DNA of 64,000 nt from assembly GCA_951406725.2 (NCBI GenBank), contig OX597829.1, positions 37,882,001-37,946,000 on the forward strand, written 5' to 3'. The notes under the pieces were generated by a model. It saw only the letters and a program-made list of their open reading frames with translations, ran no database searches and was not told the DNA's origin. The translations under genes were made by a program, and so were the position numbers. Positions 12,628 to 24,333 of this stretch are shown piece after piece. Source of the stretch: Octopus vulgaris (Eukaryota). Numbering within the stretch: position 1 is the first letter of the stretch; each line of letters opens with the position of its first letter.

Positions 12628-13264
12628 CTGAGGCTGACATTAAAACACAAATTGACTTTGCTCACCAAGCCTTCAACTGACTCAATGCATGACTCTGGTC
12701 AAGATCTGAGATCCGACGCACCACCAAAGTACGGATCTACCAAGCACTAGTGCGAAAAATTCTCCTTTACGGCAGTGAGTCATGGCCAATGAGGGTGGAA
12801 GATATTAAGCGACTAGAATCCTTCAATCACTTCTGTCTACACCACATCCTTCGTGTCCGATAGCATCACTTTGTCTCTAACAATTCGGTACGATACCAGT
12901 GCAAAATCACCTCCCTCTGACAAGTCATCCTAATGAGACATCTGTGTTAGCTGAGTCATGCCCTCTGTCGTCGACCAAGAGAATTCATCTACGAAGCAAT
13001 TGCCCCAGCTCCCTTTCAGGGTTGGCAAAAGCGATGTGATGGACAACGAGAAACCTGGCTGATGACAGTCAAGGCTGATCTGGAACCCAACCTTGGCCCC
13101 CATACCTATGGTGTTCGCCACTGGAATAAGGAGTGGTTGGAGATCATGCAGTCGTTAGCCTCAAATTGCCAGGCCTGGTTGGCGTTTGAGAGAGATGCAG
13201 CATTGAGGATGAATGAAGCCAGCTCAACCCAACCCGGGTGAATGCTGTCTCAAGACAAGCAAGT
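12628..13264 (+). mobile_element. RTE-clade LINE 3' fragment (decayed), inserted in a SINE-B tail
   Basis: Manual translation: TKVRIYQALVRKILLYGSESWPMRVEDIKRLESFNHFCLHHIL, with stops nearby; ends 'cccgggtgaatg...caagacaagcaag'. SINE-B tail halves lie on both sides. Confidence 0.85.
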
Positions 13265-14447
13265 TTGGCAAAAGACACCGATAGAATAAGTACTAGGTTT
13301 ACAAAGAATAAGTACTGGGGTCAATTTGCTTGACTAAAGGCAGTGCTCCAGCATGGCCGCAGTCAAATGACTGAAACAAGTAAAAGAGTAAACAACAAAT
13401 TTCAGTACAGTGTTTATGATTGAAAGAAAGAGAGAATTCGTAGGTGTGATCGCATTAAAAAAAGATGCTAATCATTATAGGTTAATACTTACCCTCATTT
13501 CTGCTGATGTCTTGCATACCTGCTTACTTAATAGTTAAAATGACAATATTTGGGTAATGCAGGAGAAGAAGATAGCGAGAGGCTGCTACTATTGATAATG
13601 ATGGACCTGGTGTTGGAGAGAATGAAGATGGGGTTGGACAGTCAGAATTTGAATCAGCTTCTGCTGTTGCTTCTGAAAATAATTTCTTGCAATAAGCAAC
13701 ACCAAGAGAGGCTTGAACAGATATTTTCTTTATTTTATATATTTAAGTAGATTGTTGGTAACTGAAGCTGTTAGTAAAAATCCTGTAAAAAATGTAAGAA
13801 AAATAAAAAAGGTAAGCCATTGTGCTTTAAGATCTTTTTGCTCTAAGTTTATCATCTCTGTTCCCCCGACACGAAAGGTTTCATTTCATTTCTTTATCAA
13901 AAAATTTGGGTGGTTAAAGGTTTCTAAACCCTGAATATCTTCCTCAAATGTCATAATCAAATGCCATAATCTTTTTTTTTTTTTTTTTTTTATAGAATAT
14001 TAAATATTTACACTGGTAAATAATCTCTCTTCTGTATAATGTCAGGAAATTCACTTGATGCAAGCCAGCATTCACTATTTTGCCTTGCATTTTATTCTTG
14101 TATAAATTTATCGTCTGTTTTGTCAAGCTGCATGACCAAATGGTTAGGTCTTTGGGCTTACAGCAATAATATTGTGAGAAGGGTAATGCTGTGTTGTGTT
14201 CTTGAACAAGATGCTTAATTTCACATTGCTCAGTTATGAATGGTTACTAGTTGGGTACTGGTGCAGCCCTTTTTTCTTTCCAGCTGTCACAAACTAGGTA
14301 TTCTGCCCGATTATGGATGAGGGAGTTGAGAGAGTGTCTGTACCTGTTTGCGATGACATAGGACTCTAAAACACATTGCAAAAGCATTGTACATGTAACC
14401 AAGCAATACTTGTTCATTGGTGACCTCTGGCTGTACTGTATTGTACC

Positions 14448-14680
14448 TGTTTCTTTATTACCCACAAGGGGCTAAACATAGAGGGGACAAACAAGGACAG
14501 ACAAATGGATTGAGTCGATTACATCGACCCCAGTGCGTAACTGGTACTTAATTTATTGACCCCAAAAGGACAAAAGGCAAAGCCGACCTTGGCAGAATTT
14601 GAACTCAGAACGTAACAGCAGACGAAATACGGCTATGCATTTTGCCCGGTGTGCTAATGTTTCTGCCAGCTCGCCGCCTT
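14448..14680 (-). mobile_element. SINE-A, full length with 17-bp TSD
   Basis: ctgtactgtattgtacc at 14431-14447 and 14681-14697. Confidence 0.9.
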
Positions 14681-15120
14681 CTGTACTGTATTGTACCATC
14701 ACTTCAGGATGTTTGAAGCTACTTCTACTTGCAGCAAATTCTTCCATTCAATCACATTACACTTGCTGTATATACAGCTTTTAAATCAATGAAGAGGCTT
14801 GGAGTCTTTTCTTGCATTAAACTATGGCTCATATGTATATTATGCTTATTTTGATTCTCTAACCAAATAATCAATAACATTTCAATAATTAAATCACTGT
14901 GTTGCTTAGTGACAACTGTAGCTTTCATTTGGACAGAGTCTTTTACTGTTTTCCTTATTCTTACTCTGTCCTTTAAAATTTGTCTTACCACCAGCACCAC
15001 TGCCACCATCATCATTATCATCATCATCAACACTACCACCATCACCACTATTTCCAGTACTACCATGACCACTATTGTTGTTGTCATTATCACCACTACC
15101 GCGACCATTACCACTATTTT

Positions 15121-15336
15121 TATTTCTTTACTACCCACAAGGGGCTAAACACAGAGAGGACAGACAAACGGATCAAGTCGATTATATTGACCCCAGTGCA
15201 TAACTGGTACTTACTTAATCGACCCCAAAAGGCTGAAAGGCAAAGTCGACCTCGGCGGAATTTGAACTCAGAACGTAGCGGCAGACGAAATACTGCAAAG
15301 CATTTTGCCCGGCGTGCTAACGATTCTGCCAGCTCG
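15121..15336 (-). mobile_element. SINE-A inserted in a (CAC/CAT/TAC)n low-complexity tract
   Basis: Complete tail, central domain and head; 'cattaccacta' on both flanks. Confidence 0.85.
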
Positions 15337-15676
15337 TCATTACCACTACCGTTACCATCCATTACTACCACTGGTATCACCACCACCACCACCACCACTC
15401 TTACTGCCATCACCACTCTCTCCACCATCACCATCATCATTATTGTTAATTTTACAAGTATTATTAGGAAATAATTGGAAAAACGTGTTCTTGTTTCTAA
15501 AACTGACTGTGTTGTTTGATTCAATACTGCCATTGATTTATCTGACCACCTGATGTTACTGTTGAATGAACATTAGGTTAAGAAGATAACCATTTAAGAG
15601 AATTGTTATGTTTTGACACAGACTATGAAATCATAATAATGGAGAAAAATATATACATTTTGGTTTTAACGACTAT

Positions 15677-16312
15677 TGCCTTGAGAGAAAGGTTGGACCT
15701 AAGAAGCATCAGATGTGGTGTGCAAGAGAGACGACTGCGCTGGTATGGTCATGTGGTGAGAATGGATGAGGATAACTGTGTGAAAAAATGCCACACCCTG
15801 GCAGTTGAGGGAACCTGTGGAAGAGGAAGACCTGGAATGAGGTGGTGAAGCATGAACTTTGAACATTGGGCCTCACCGAGGCAATGACTAGTGACTGGGA
15901 CCTCTGGAAATATGCTGTGCTTGGGAAGACTCAGCAAGTGCAAGTGAGACCATAACCTGTTGCCTATGCCAGGGGTGTAACCAGTCCAGTTATGCTTACA
16001 TTTCCTTCATTGGACACTAAACTCTGCTTGCGAATACCTGTTGAGGCAAGTGAAATCGAAATCAAATTCGATGACTGGCATCCGTTGCTAGTGGAGCACT
16101 AAGAGTACCATACGAGTGAGATCATTGTCAGAGCAACAAGCTGGCCTCCGAACTGATGGCATGTAAAAAACACCATTCAAGCATGATCGTTACCTGTGTC
16201 ACCTTACTAGCACTTGTGCTGGTGGCACGTGAAAAAAACATTCGAGCGAGGTCATTGGCAGTGCCGCTGCACTGGTTCCTGTGCAGGTGGCACATAAAAA
16301 GCACCCACACTC
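15677..16312 (+). mobile_element. RTE LINE 3' end with long 3' UTR (source of family C)
   Basis: ORF 15603-15848 contains LRERLDLRSIRCGVQERRLRWYGHVVRMDEDNCVKKCHTLAVEGTCGRGRP, the RTE C-terminal RLRWxGH...GRP signature. Confidence 0.85.
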
Positions 16313-16669
16313 TTTTTCATCCTCTCTTTCTCTCCCCCACTTTTTCTCATCCACTCTTTCTCCTCACTATTTCCATTTCCCACCCTGCTCTCACTCTGTC
16401 CTCCATTTCCCTCCTTTCCTCCCCCACATTTCTTCCCACTTCTCTCTCTCTCGTTAGCAATGTTATTCCGTAATAATGACAACTATTTCTTCAGAGATTA
16501 TGAAGAATGGAATAGGAGACTAGCAACCCCTTCTCAAATGGAAACGGACATGCTATTATTTGAATTGTTCTAGAATGGATCTTAAGTGTCATGTAGTATA
16601 AAATGAAAAAAATTCTAATTATTGAAATTTTAATAAATTATGTGATTATTATTCTTTTTAATATTTTTA

Positions 16670-17305
16670 AGGCAGCAAGCTGGCAGAATCATTAGCACAT
16701 TGGGCAAAATGCTTAGTGACATTTCATCTGTCTTTATATTCTGAGCTCAAATTCCGCTAAGGTGTAGGAGTGGCTGTATGGTAAGTAGCTTGCTTACAAA
16801 CCACATGGTTCTGGGTTCAGTCCCACTACGTGGCACCTTGGGCAAGTGTCTTCTACTATAGCCTCCGGCTGACCAAAGCCTTGTTAGTGGATTTGGTGGA
16901 TAGAAACTGAAAGAAGCTTGTCCATATATATGCATATATGTATCTACGTCTGTGTATATATGTTTGTGTGTCTGTGTTTGTCCCCCCAACATCGCTTGAC
17001 AACCGATGCTGGTGTGTTTACTTCCCCGTAACTTAGTGGTTCAGCCAAAGAGACCAATAGAATAAGTACTAGGCTTACAAAGTATAAGTCCTGGGGTGGA
17101 TTTGCTCGACTACATGAGGTGCTCCAACATGGCCACAGTCAAATGGCAGAAACAAGTAAAAGAGTAAAAAGAGTAAAGAGTAAGGTTGGTTTTGCCTTTT
17201 ATCTTTTTGGGGTTGATGAAATAAGTACCAGTTGAACTTTGGGGTTGATGTAATCAATTTACTCCCTCCCTTGAAAATTGCTGGTTTGTGTCAAAATTTG
17301 GGATC
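16670..17305 (+). mobile_element. SINE-A interrupted by a full SINE-B (~16762-17182)
   Basis: SINE-A head to ~16760 resumes at ~17183; 'taaggt' at both junctions. Confidence 0.8.
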
Positions 17306-17420
17306 ATTATTAATATTTTGAGTCTGCATCAAATTTTCCCATCATTTCTCAAATCATGATGTTTTGAAAATATAGTCATATTTCTGACCCTTTGCCTCTT
17401 TTCCTATCCAAAAACATATT

Positions 17421-17812
17421 ACTCTTTTCACTCTTTTACTTGTTTCAGTCATTTGACTGTGGTCATGCTGGAGTACCACCTTAGTCGAGCAAATCGACCC
17501 CAGGACTTATTCTTTTTAGGCCCAGTACTTATTCTGTCAGTGTCTTTCGCTGAACTGTTAAGTGACGAGGACATAAAGACATCAGCATCGGTTGTCAAGC
17601 AATGCTAGGGGGACAAACACAAACACACACACATATATATATATATACATATATACGATGGGCTTCTTTGAGTTTCTGTCTACCAAATCCACTCACAAGG
17701 CATTGGTCGGCCCGAGGCTGTAGTAAAAGACACTTGCCCAAGATGCGACGCAGTGGGACTGAACCCGGAACCATGTGGTTGGTAAGCAAGCTACTTACCA
17801 CACAGCCACTCC
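17421..17812 (-). mobile_element. SINE-B, full length
   Basis: Reverse of head aggagtggctgtgtggtaag...ccgggttcagtccc, CORE-like segment and (AAAGAGT)n tail. Confidence 0.9.
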
Positions 17813-18375
17813 TATAGTCATACATTTGTGCTAAACATCCATGCTTCTTTTCAGACTATTAGTCAGCCCTTATTTCATATGTTCTGAGTAATAAAAAGCT
17901 TTCCTTTCGAAAGTTCCAAGTTACTCTGGTGGTTGTGAAAAAAATTGATAATGTGTAATGTGAAACCAGAGAAATATGTCCTGTGTATTACATGTGATAC
18001 ACAGGACAAGCAAAAGGATTAATATAATAATTACGGCCAATATGCTTAATGGCATTTCGTCCATTTTCATATTCTGAGCTCAAATTCTGCCAAGGTTCAC
18101 TTCACCTCCTTTCGGGGTTGATAAAATAAGTACCAGTTGAACACTGGGGTTGATATAATCGACTTACAGCTGCCCTCACCACACACATGCACAACCCCCG
18201 CCTCCAAAAAAAAAAAAAATACTGGCTTTGTGCCAAAATTTGAAATCAATATAATAATTACCAGTGTCTCTATTTCCTCTCCATTTCTGCACTCCCCACA
18301 ACCGCCATCCCACATGCATGCACATTGATAACTTTGGAACCTCTCTAATGAGGTGCATACAATTTGCTGCAGAAG

Positions 18376-19655
18376 TACGAGGGACGTTCATTAAGTAATG
18401 CCCCTGACCCACTTGCAGTTGTTTGATCTAGCTGAAATTTTGCATGTGCAATTATTTATATCTCTATAGATTAAGTGGCAAATAGCAGCTCTGAATTAAT
18501 TGTGGTTTCTGATTTAGAGGTGTTTGAACTGAGTCAAGTGTGAAATGGAGCCTGTTGAGTGTCGAGCAGTGATTTGGTTTTTGTATTTGAAAGGATGCAC
18601 ACCACAGGAGACTTTTGATGAAATGAAAGTAACTTATGGTGATGATGCCCCATCATATGACCTTGTAAAACGCTGGCATCGTGAATTCAAACATGGTCGG
18701 AACTCTGTGGAAACAGCTCCCCTTCTGCCATTGATGAGGCATCTGTCCGTCAAGTTGAGGCTGCCATTTTGGAAGATCGACGCATAACTATTCGCCAAAT
18801 AGCCCATGAGATCAAGATTAGTACCGGGTCTGTGGAAACTATCATTCATGACCATTTGCATATGCAAAAGGTGTCTGCCAGATGGATTCCCAGGTTGCTC
18901 ACACCTTTCCAGAAGCAAGAACTCGTCGAGTGCTCGAGGATGAATTTGGAGATGTGCCAAGAAGATGAGTCAAAATTTTTCAAAAGACTGATCACACAGG
19001 ATGAAACTTGGGTCCATCACTATGATCCAGAGACCAAAGCCCAGTCAATGCAGTGGAAGCATCGTGACTCACCTCCCCCAAAGAAGGCAAGGGTGCAGCC
19101 CTCCGCTGGCAAGGTCATGCTCACAGTCTTCAGGGACCAGGACGGAGTAGTGATGACAGATTTCCTGGCAAAGGGTACCACAATTACAGGAGCCTATTAT
19201 GCTTCACTTTTAAGGAAATTAAGTGAAGCTATCAAAATCAAGAGGCGGGGCAAGATCAGCAAAGACATCCTCCTCCTACAGGACAATGCTCCGGTCCACA
19301 ACTCGCGTGTCGCCAGATCAGAAGCACAGGCGTGCGGCTATGAACTCCTCCCCCATCCCTCCTACTCTCCTGACCTTGCACCCTCTGATTTTCACCTCTT
19401 CCCAGCCATTAAGTTGTTTTTGAAAGGAAAGCGTTTCCCAGATGATGCTGCCTTGATTTCTGAAGTCATGTCCTGGTTGGAGGACCAAGCTGGGGTCTTC
19501 TAAAAAACGGTCTCCAGAGCTGCATCAAACAATGGGAGAAATGCATAACTCTGGGTGGTTCCTATGTAGAAAAAGACCAATAACTGTGCCAAGTTTCGTT
19601 GCTCTACTGCTATGGGAAGTGGGTCAGGGGCATTACTTATTGAACGCCCCTTGTA
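18376..19655 (+). mobile_element. Mariner DNA transposon, full length (~1.28 kb, coordinates include TA TSDs)
   Basis: TIRs TA-CGAGGGACGTTCATTAAGTAATGCCCCTGACCCACTT / AAGTGGGTCAGGGGCATTACTTATTGAACGCCCCTTG-TA. Confidence 0.95.
18545..19583 (+). pseudogene. Mariner (DD34D) transposase with two frameshifts
   Basis: HTH in ORF 18545-18787; WIPRLL, ITQDETW, LQDNAPVH and YSPDLAPSDFHLF in ORF 18769-19503; shifted C-terminus KNGLQSCIKQWEKCITLGGSYVEKD after 19503. Confidence 0.92.
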
Positions 19656-19659
19656 TAAT

Positions 19660-20090
19660 ACTGATTTCAAATTTGGACACAACTGCAGCAATTTGTGGGG
19701 AGGAGGTAAGTTGATTACATTGATCCTAGTTCTCAACTGGTACTTATTTTATTCAACCCTGAAAGGAGGAAAGAGCAGCGGGATTTCAACTCAGAAGACG
19801 GACAAAATGTTGCTAAGCATTTCACCTGGCATGCTAACATTTCTGCCAATTCACCATCCTCTGTAGAGATATAATAGTGATTTCAAGTTTTGGCACAAAG
19901 CCAGCAATATTGAGGGAGGTGGTAAGTCAATTAGATCGGCCTCAGGGTACAACTGGTACTTATTTTATCGACTCCCAAAAGGATGAAAGGCAAAGTCATC
20001 TGTGGTAGCATTTGAACACAGAACTTAAAGACAGACAATGCTGCTAAACGTTTGCCTGGTGTAGTAATGATTCTGCCAGCTCACTGCCTT
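19660..20090 (-). mobile_element. Two decayed SINE-A copies (alternative tail)
   Basis: 'ttcaaattt.ggcacaa.gc.agcaa' ... 'actggtacttatttt' ... 'ttctgccagctcactgcc' occurs twice. Confidence 0.7.
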
Positions 20091-20104
20091 GAGTAAAGAT
20101 AAGA

Positions 20105-20497
20105 GTACCATCGCTAAGAGTACCATACGAGTAAGATCATTGCCAGAGCAACAAGCTGGCCTTTGTGCCGATGGCACATTAAACACACCATTCAAACATG
20201 ATCGTTACCTGCGTCACCTTACTAGCACTTGTGCTGGTGGCATGTGAAACACTCGAGTGAGGTCATTGCCAGTGTTGCTGGACTGGCTCCTGTGCAGGTG
20301 ACACATAAAAAGCACCTTTTGGGCGTGGCCGTTGCCAGTACCACCAAACTGGCTCTCGTGCCAGTGGTTGGTGTTAGGAAGGGCATCCAGCTGTAGAAAC
20401 TCTGCCAGATCAGATTGGAATCTGGTTCGCCAGACCTCAGTCAAATTGTTCAACCCATGCTAGCATGGAAAGCGGATGTTAAATGATGATGATGATG
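20105..20497 (+). mobile_element. Family C (RTE 3' UTR) copy
   Basis: Ends 'catggaaagcggatgttaaatgatgatgatgatg'. Similar copies at ~21440-21783, 34615-34764, 44676-44920 and 45400-46140 (+), and 27803-28087, 35041-35370 and 50424-51185 (-). Confidence 0.8.
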
Positions 20498-23454
20498 TTT
20501 GCTTTTGTCAGCAGTTGATCTTAAAGACTCTCATTTACATCCACTTTATCTTCTAGAAATTTTGATTTATTGAAATCATCTCCCTTGGCAGCTTTTTTTT
20601 TTCAGTCATAAATATTCCTAGAGGGAGTTTTTCTCAACTAATAGCATGGATAATCTCCCTTGTTCAAAGTTTTACAGCTCACTACCTTCCTGTATATCTC
20701 AGTAACTATGACTGCAGATCATTCATTAACATTGTTGCCGTCTTTTTCAGTTAAGCCAAGCCCTGATTCAGCTGATTTATGACTGAAGCCTTTCCACTCA
20801 TGAACATCTCAGTGATATTTTTCTTTTCAGATATTGTGTACCTGGGACCTCATTACCAAATGTGTCCTTTCTCTTTTATGACAGTAAAATGTGATTTGAG
20901 AGAGATTTGGCTGCTATTTCTTGAAGGTTGCAAGGTATTACATTAGCTCTTACATTAGCTCACAAATATCAATAGATTTGATCCTGCTGCACAGTGTCTT
21001 GTGTGGTTTCTCTCATTACTTCAAATTAACAGGAACTGTCCATGTGTATGAAATTTCATTTCAGAAACTGTGAAACCTCATCAGAATGATGTTTTTTTTA
21101 AAAATATTTTCTGTTATTTATGGTGGTTCATTGAATCCCCTGCTTGGCTTCCCATCCAAATACTTATGCATGTGTAAGGACCCAGTCCTATTTTTCTATG
21201 CATTTCATTAGTATAGAATCATAAAAGTACCATAACATACAGTGTGTTGACTTGCTTGTAGAGATTCCAAAAATATGATTGTATTGAACAAAAGTTTATG
21301 TCTCACTTTAACTGTTTGGTGTATATGGAGGAATTAGTATTTCTCACTAGCACCACATTCAAGAAAATATAGCACTAGAGAAGGAGTTTCTTTGTGATCA
21401 TTTGACCTGCCAGAGGTAACAGCTCAATATACTTCTATTAAGAGCACCATCAGAGCGTGATCATTGCCAGAGCGGCTATCTGGCCTCCGTGCCGGTGGCA
21501 CGTAAAAGACACCATTCAAGTGTGATCATTACCAGCATCGCCTTACTGGCACCTGTGCCGGTGGCATGTGTAAAAGATTCGAGCAAGGTTGTTGCCAGTA
21601 CCACCTGACTGGCCCCATGCCAGTCTCAGAGTGGTTGGCATTAGGAAGGGCATCCAGCTGTAGAAACTCTGCCAGATCAAGATTGAAGCCTGGTGCAGCC
21701 ATCTGGTTTGCCAGCCCTCAGTCATTCGTCCAACCCATGCTAGCATGGAAAGCAGACATTAAACAATGATGATGATGATGATCACACTCTAGTGTCTTAA
21801 AAATTATGGACACATTGATTGATATAGTTTGTATTAAGATTATCATGATTAGAATGTCTCTGAACATGAATCTGCTGGATCAGAGCTGCCCTGGGCTTAA
21901 ACATTTACAAAACCAACAACTTACTCCTGGTGGAGCATTTACCACAAACAGTCTTTACTAAGAAGGGATAAGGTATTAAGGTTCACAAGACATTTTCATT
22001 TCTAAAGTCACTGGTTATGGAACATGCATGAATCTCAGTTGAGAAAAGACATAACAATTTAAACACTAAAGTATTAATTTCAAATTTTGACACAAGGCCG
22101 GCAAGTTTGAGTTGATTATATCGACCCCAATTCTTGACTGCGAAAGGATGAAAGGCAAAGTTGACCTCAGTGGTATTTGAACTCGGAATGTTACAATAGA
22201 CAAAATGCCACTAAGCATTTTGCCTGGCTTGCTAACAATCCTGCCAGCTTGCCACCTTTAAACATTAAAATATTGTTATTGAAAATAAAAATCCATTTCA
22301 ACGATCATCTTAATCTTTTTTTTGTTTTCCTTATAGAGAAGAAGTTACATTTTACCACTTGAAAACTCAACCATGAATTCATGAATAACTACTTGACTTT
22401 TTTTTTTCCTTTTCACTTTATCCATTTTGTGAACCTTATTCTTTTCTGGAGCTTACCTGGCAAAAATCCTTGCTGAACCATTGCAAAATCAAAGGGAAGT
22501 CTATCAAAGACATGCATTAATTTGCATCCATCCAAACAGCATCCAATCAATGCTATACCATGTCTGTGGCTCACAAAAAATGTGGGTAAAAAAACCCCCA
22601 CATTCAAGCAACAGGACGTAGCAGTCATAAAATGCCTTTTGAGTGGGTGCACTCATGCATGCATCGCATGTTGTTCAGCAAAACTGATTGTGCTACCAAG
22701 CATATGATGATATAGTACAGTAACTCTATATCTATAAAATATTTTGAAAGATATAAGAAACACCTTTGTTACTGTCTTGTGTACTTTTGGCTCTTGTATT
22801 ATAGTATACAATACTTTTAATTTTGTTACTTGAGTTATGAAATAAGTTTACTAACTTATAAAACAGTGTGTGCTTCATTTTGCCTCTTCAGCAGCGCCAT
22901 GATATTTTTAGTATTCACTGTCTCATTAGTTAAGCACATTAACTTTTAACAATTTGCTGTGCTTGAGAAGACATGTCAAGCTAAATAAAAATCATGGCCA
23001 TCCATACCTACAGGCATGTCCTTTACAGCTATAACTCTGCTTCCCCTCCCACACACATAATTCTGTCCTCTGGCAAAACTTACCCACAACCGTCTCCCCA
23101 AACCCCCACGCCCAGTGTGGGACCCTCCAGTTCAACATCACTTGCTATCGCTAAATATCTCCCCTTACACTCTTATGGTACACCTCCTCTGTTGCCTCCA
23201 TGCTACTTATACTCCTCCCCTATTCCCTGTGGGTAGGCCCTCTACCTCTCACTCTGTTTATCTTTCTCTCTCTTCTTCTTTGTTCTACTGGGGTAGCCAA
23301 GTATCTCCTTTGTAGTAAGATAGCTATTGCTGATCCTCTACCTTACTCCAACTTCTTGCCTGGCACATAGTCTCTTCTCTCAGTTCCTCTCCCTCTCTCA
23401 GCTGAGACATCCTTGTCTTACAAGACACTTAGCAACCTCAAGGGTACTGGTGCA

Positions 23455-23765
23455 ATGTAAAAAGTGCCCATGTTGGTACCAAGTAAAATGCGCCCATGCT
23501 GGCCCCACATAACTAAACACACCCATGCCAGTGCCCTATAAAATGCACCCATGCTGTTGGTGCCACATAAAATTCACCCATGCTGGCAACATGTAGAAAG
23601 CACCCATGCTGGTGCCACATGAAAAGCATCCATGCTAGCACCACGTACACAAAATCCTGTGTCAGCACCATGTAAATAAAGCACCTGTGTGGGCCCCATG
23701 TAAAAAAACACCCAAGCTGATGCCAAGTAAAAAGCACCCATGCTGGCCCCACATAACAAGCACCA
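23455..23765 (+). repeat. Degenerate ~27-28-bp minisatellite (about 11 units) inside a family C element
   Basis: Unit approx. TAAAAAGCACCCATGCTGGTGCCACA(T/G), abutting without spacers. Confidence 0.75.
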
Positions 23766-23877
23766 AGTACTCTCTGTAATGTGGTTGGTGTTAGAAAGGG
23801 TATCCAGGCATAGAAATCAGGCCAAACAGATGACAAGGGCCTGGTGTAGCTCTCTGGCTTGCCAGCTCCTGTCAAAC

Positions 23878-24221
23878 TGTCCAACTAATTCTATATCTAA
23901 GAGATGAGGAATTATGTACATTATTTACATTTGATGGGCATATGGTGTAGTGGTTAAGAGCGCAGGCGCAGGCTACTAACCCCAAGATTCTGAGTTCAAT
24001 TCCAGGCAGTGACCTGAATGATAATAATAATAATAATAATAGTAATAATAATAGTAATAATAATAATAATAATATATCGAAAAATACCTTAGGAATAAGA
24101 ACTCCGGTTCGAAATTTCTCCAAGACACCTGATAAAGGCTGGAGGGTATATCAGCTGAAACGTGTTAACAATAAACAAGATTAGGACAAATATCTGTCAA
24201 ATGTAAATAATGTCCAATAAT
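23878..24221 (+). mobile_element. Penelope-style short insertion: tRNA-like head + (AAT)n + hammerhead-like motif, with inverted 3' tail and TSD
   Basis: TSD-like tgtccaa(c)taat at 23878-23889 and 24211-24221; 17-bp inverted repeat 23918-23934 / 24197-24213; A box TGGTGTAGTGG and B box GAGTTCAATTCC within 23936-24014. Confidence 0.65.
24124..24166 (+). ncRNA. Degenerate minimal type-I hammerhead ribozyme motif
   Basis: GACAC-CTGATAA-A-GGCTGG-agggtata-TCAGCT-GAAAC-GTGTT: stems I and II pair, but the core has G8>A and the NUH triplet appears deleted. Confidence 0.55.
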
Positions 24222-24333
24222 GGACTAAGTTTTAATGTTCCAGCTCACTTCTGCTAGATCACACGATATATATGTTCCTTCCAAGAACTTCTATAAACAG
24301 CAAAAGTGAGCTAGAACATTAAAACTTAGTCCA
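24221..24333. repeat. Inverted repeat / mini-MITE with ~35-bp arms
   Basis: tggactaagttttaatgttccagctcacttctgct / agcaaaagtgagctagaacattaaaacttagtcca (2 mismatches). Confidence 0.75.

Noticed and set aside
13550-13750. Host coding exon (ORF 13550-13750 and an acidic alternative frame)
   Set aside because: No recognisable domain, in-frame stops bound the alternative frame, and no clear splice donor
18769-19503. Domesticated SETMAR-like host gene
   Set aside because: Bounded by TIRs and TA TSDs and frameshifted at both ends; it is a transposon copy
21045-21092. Minus-strand CTGATGAG-GTTTCA...TGAAAT-GAAA hammerhead-like match
   Set aside because: Stem I does not pair and there is no inverted-tail/TSD context; likely chance in AT-rich DNA
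22413-22707. Overlapping ORFs in unique sequence
   Set aside because: Short, no recognisable motifs and no convincing splice signals
23455-23765. ~28-bp repeats resembling a CRISPR array
   Set aside because: Units abut without unique spacers, are degenerate, lie in a retroelement 3' UTR, and no cas genes are present in this eukaryotic DNA
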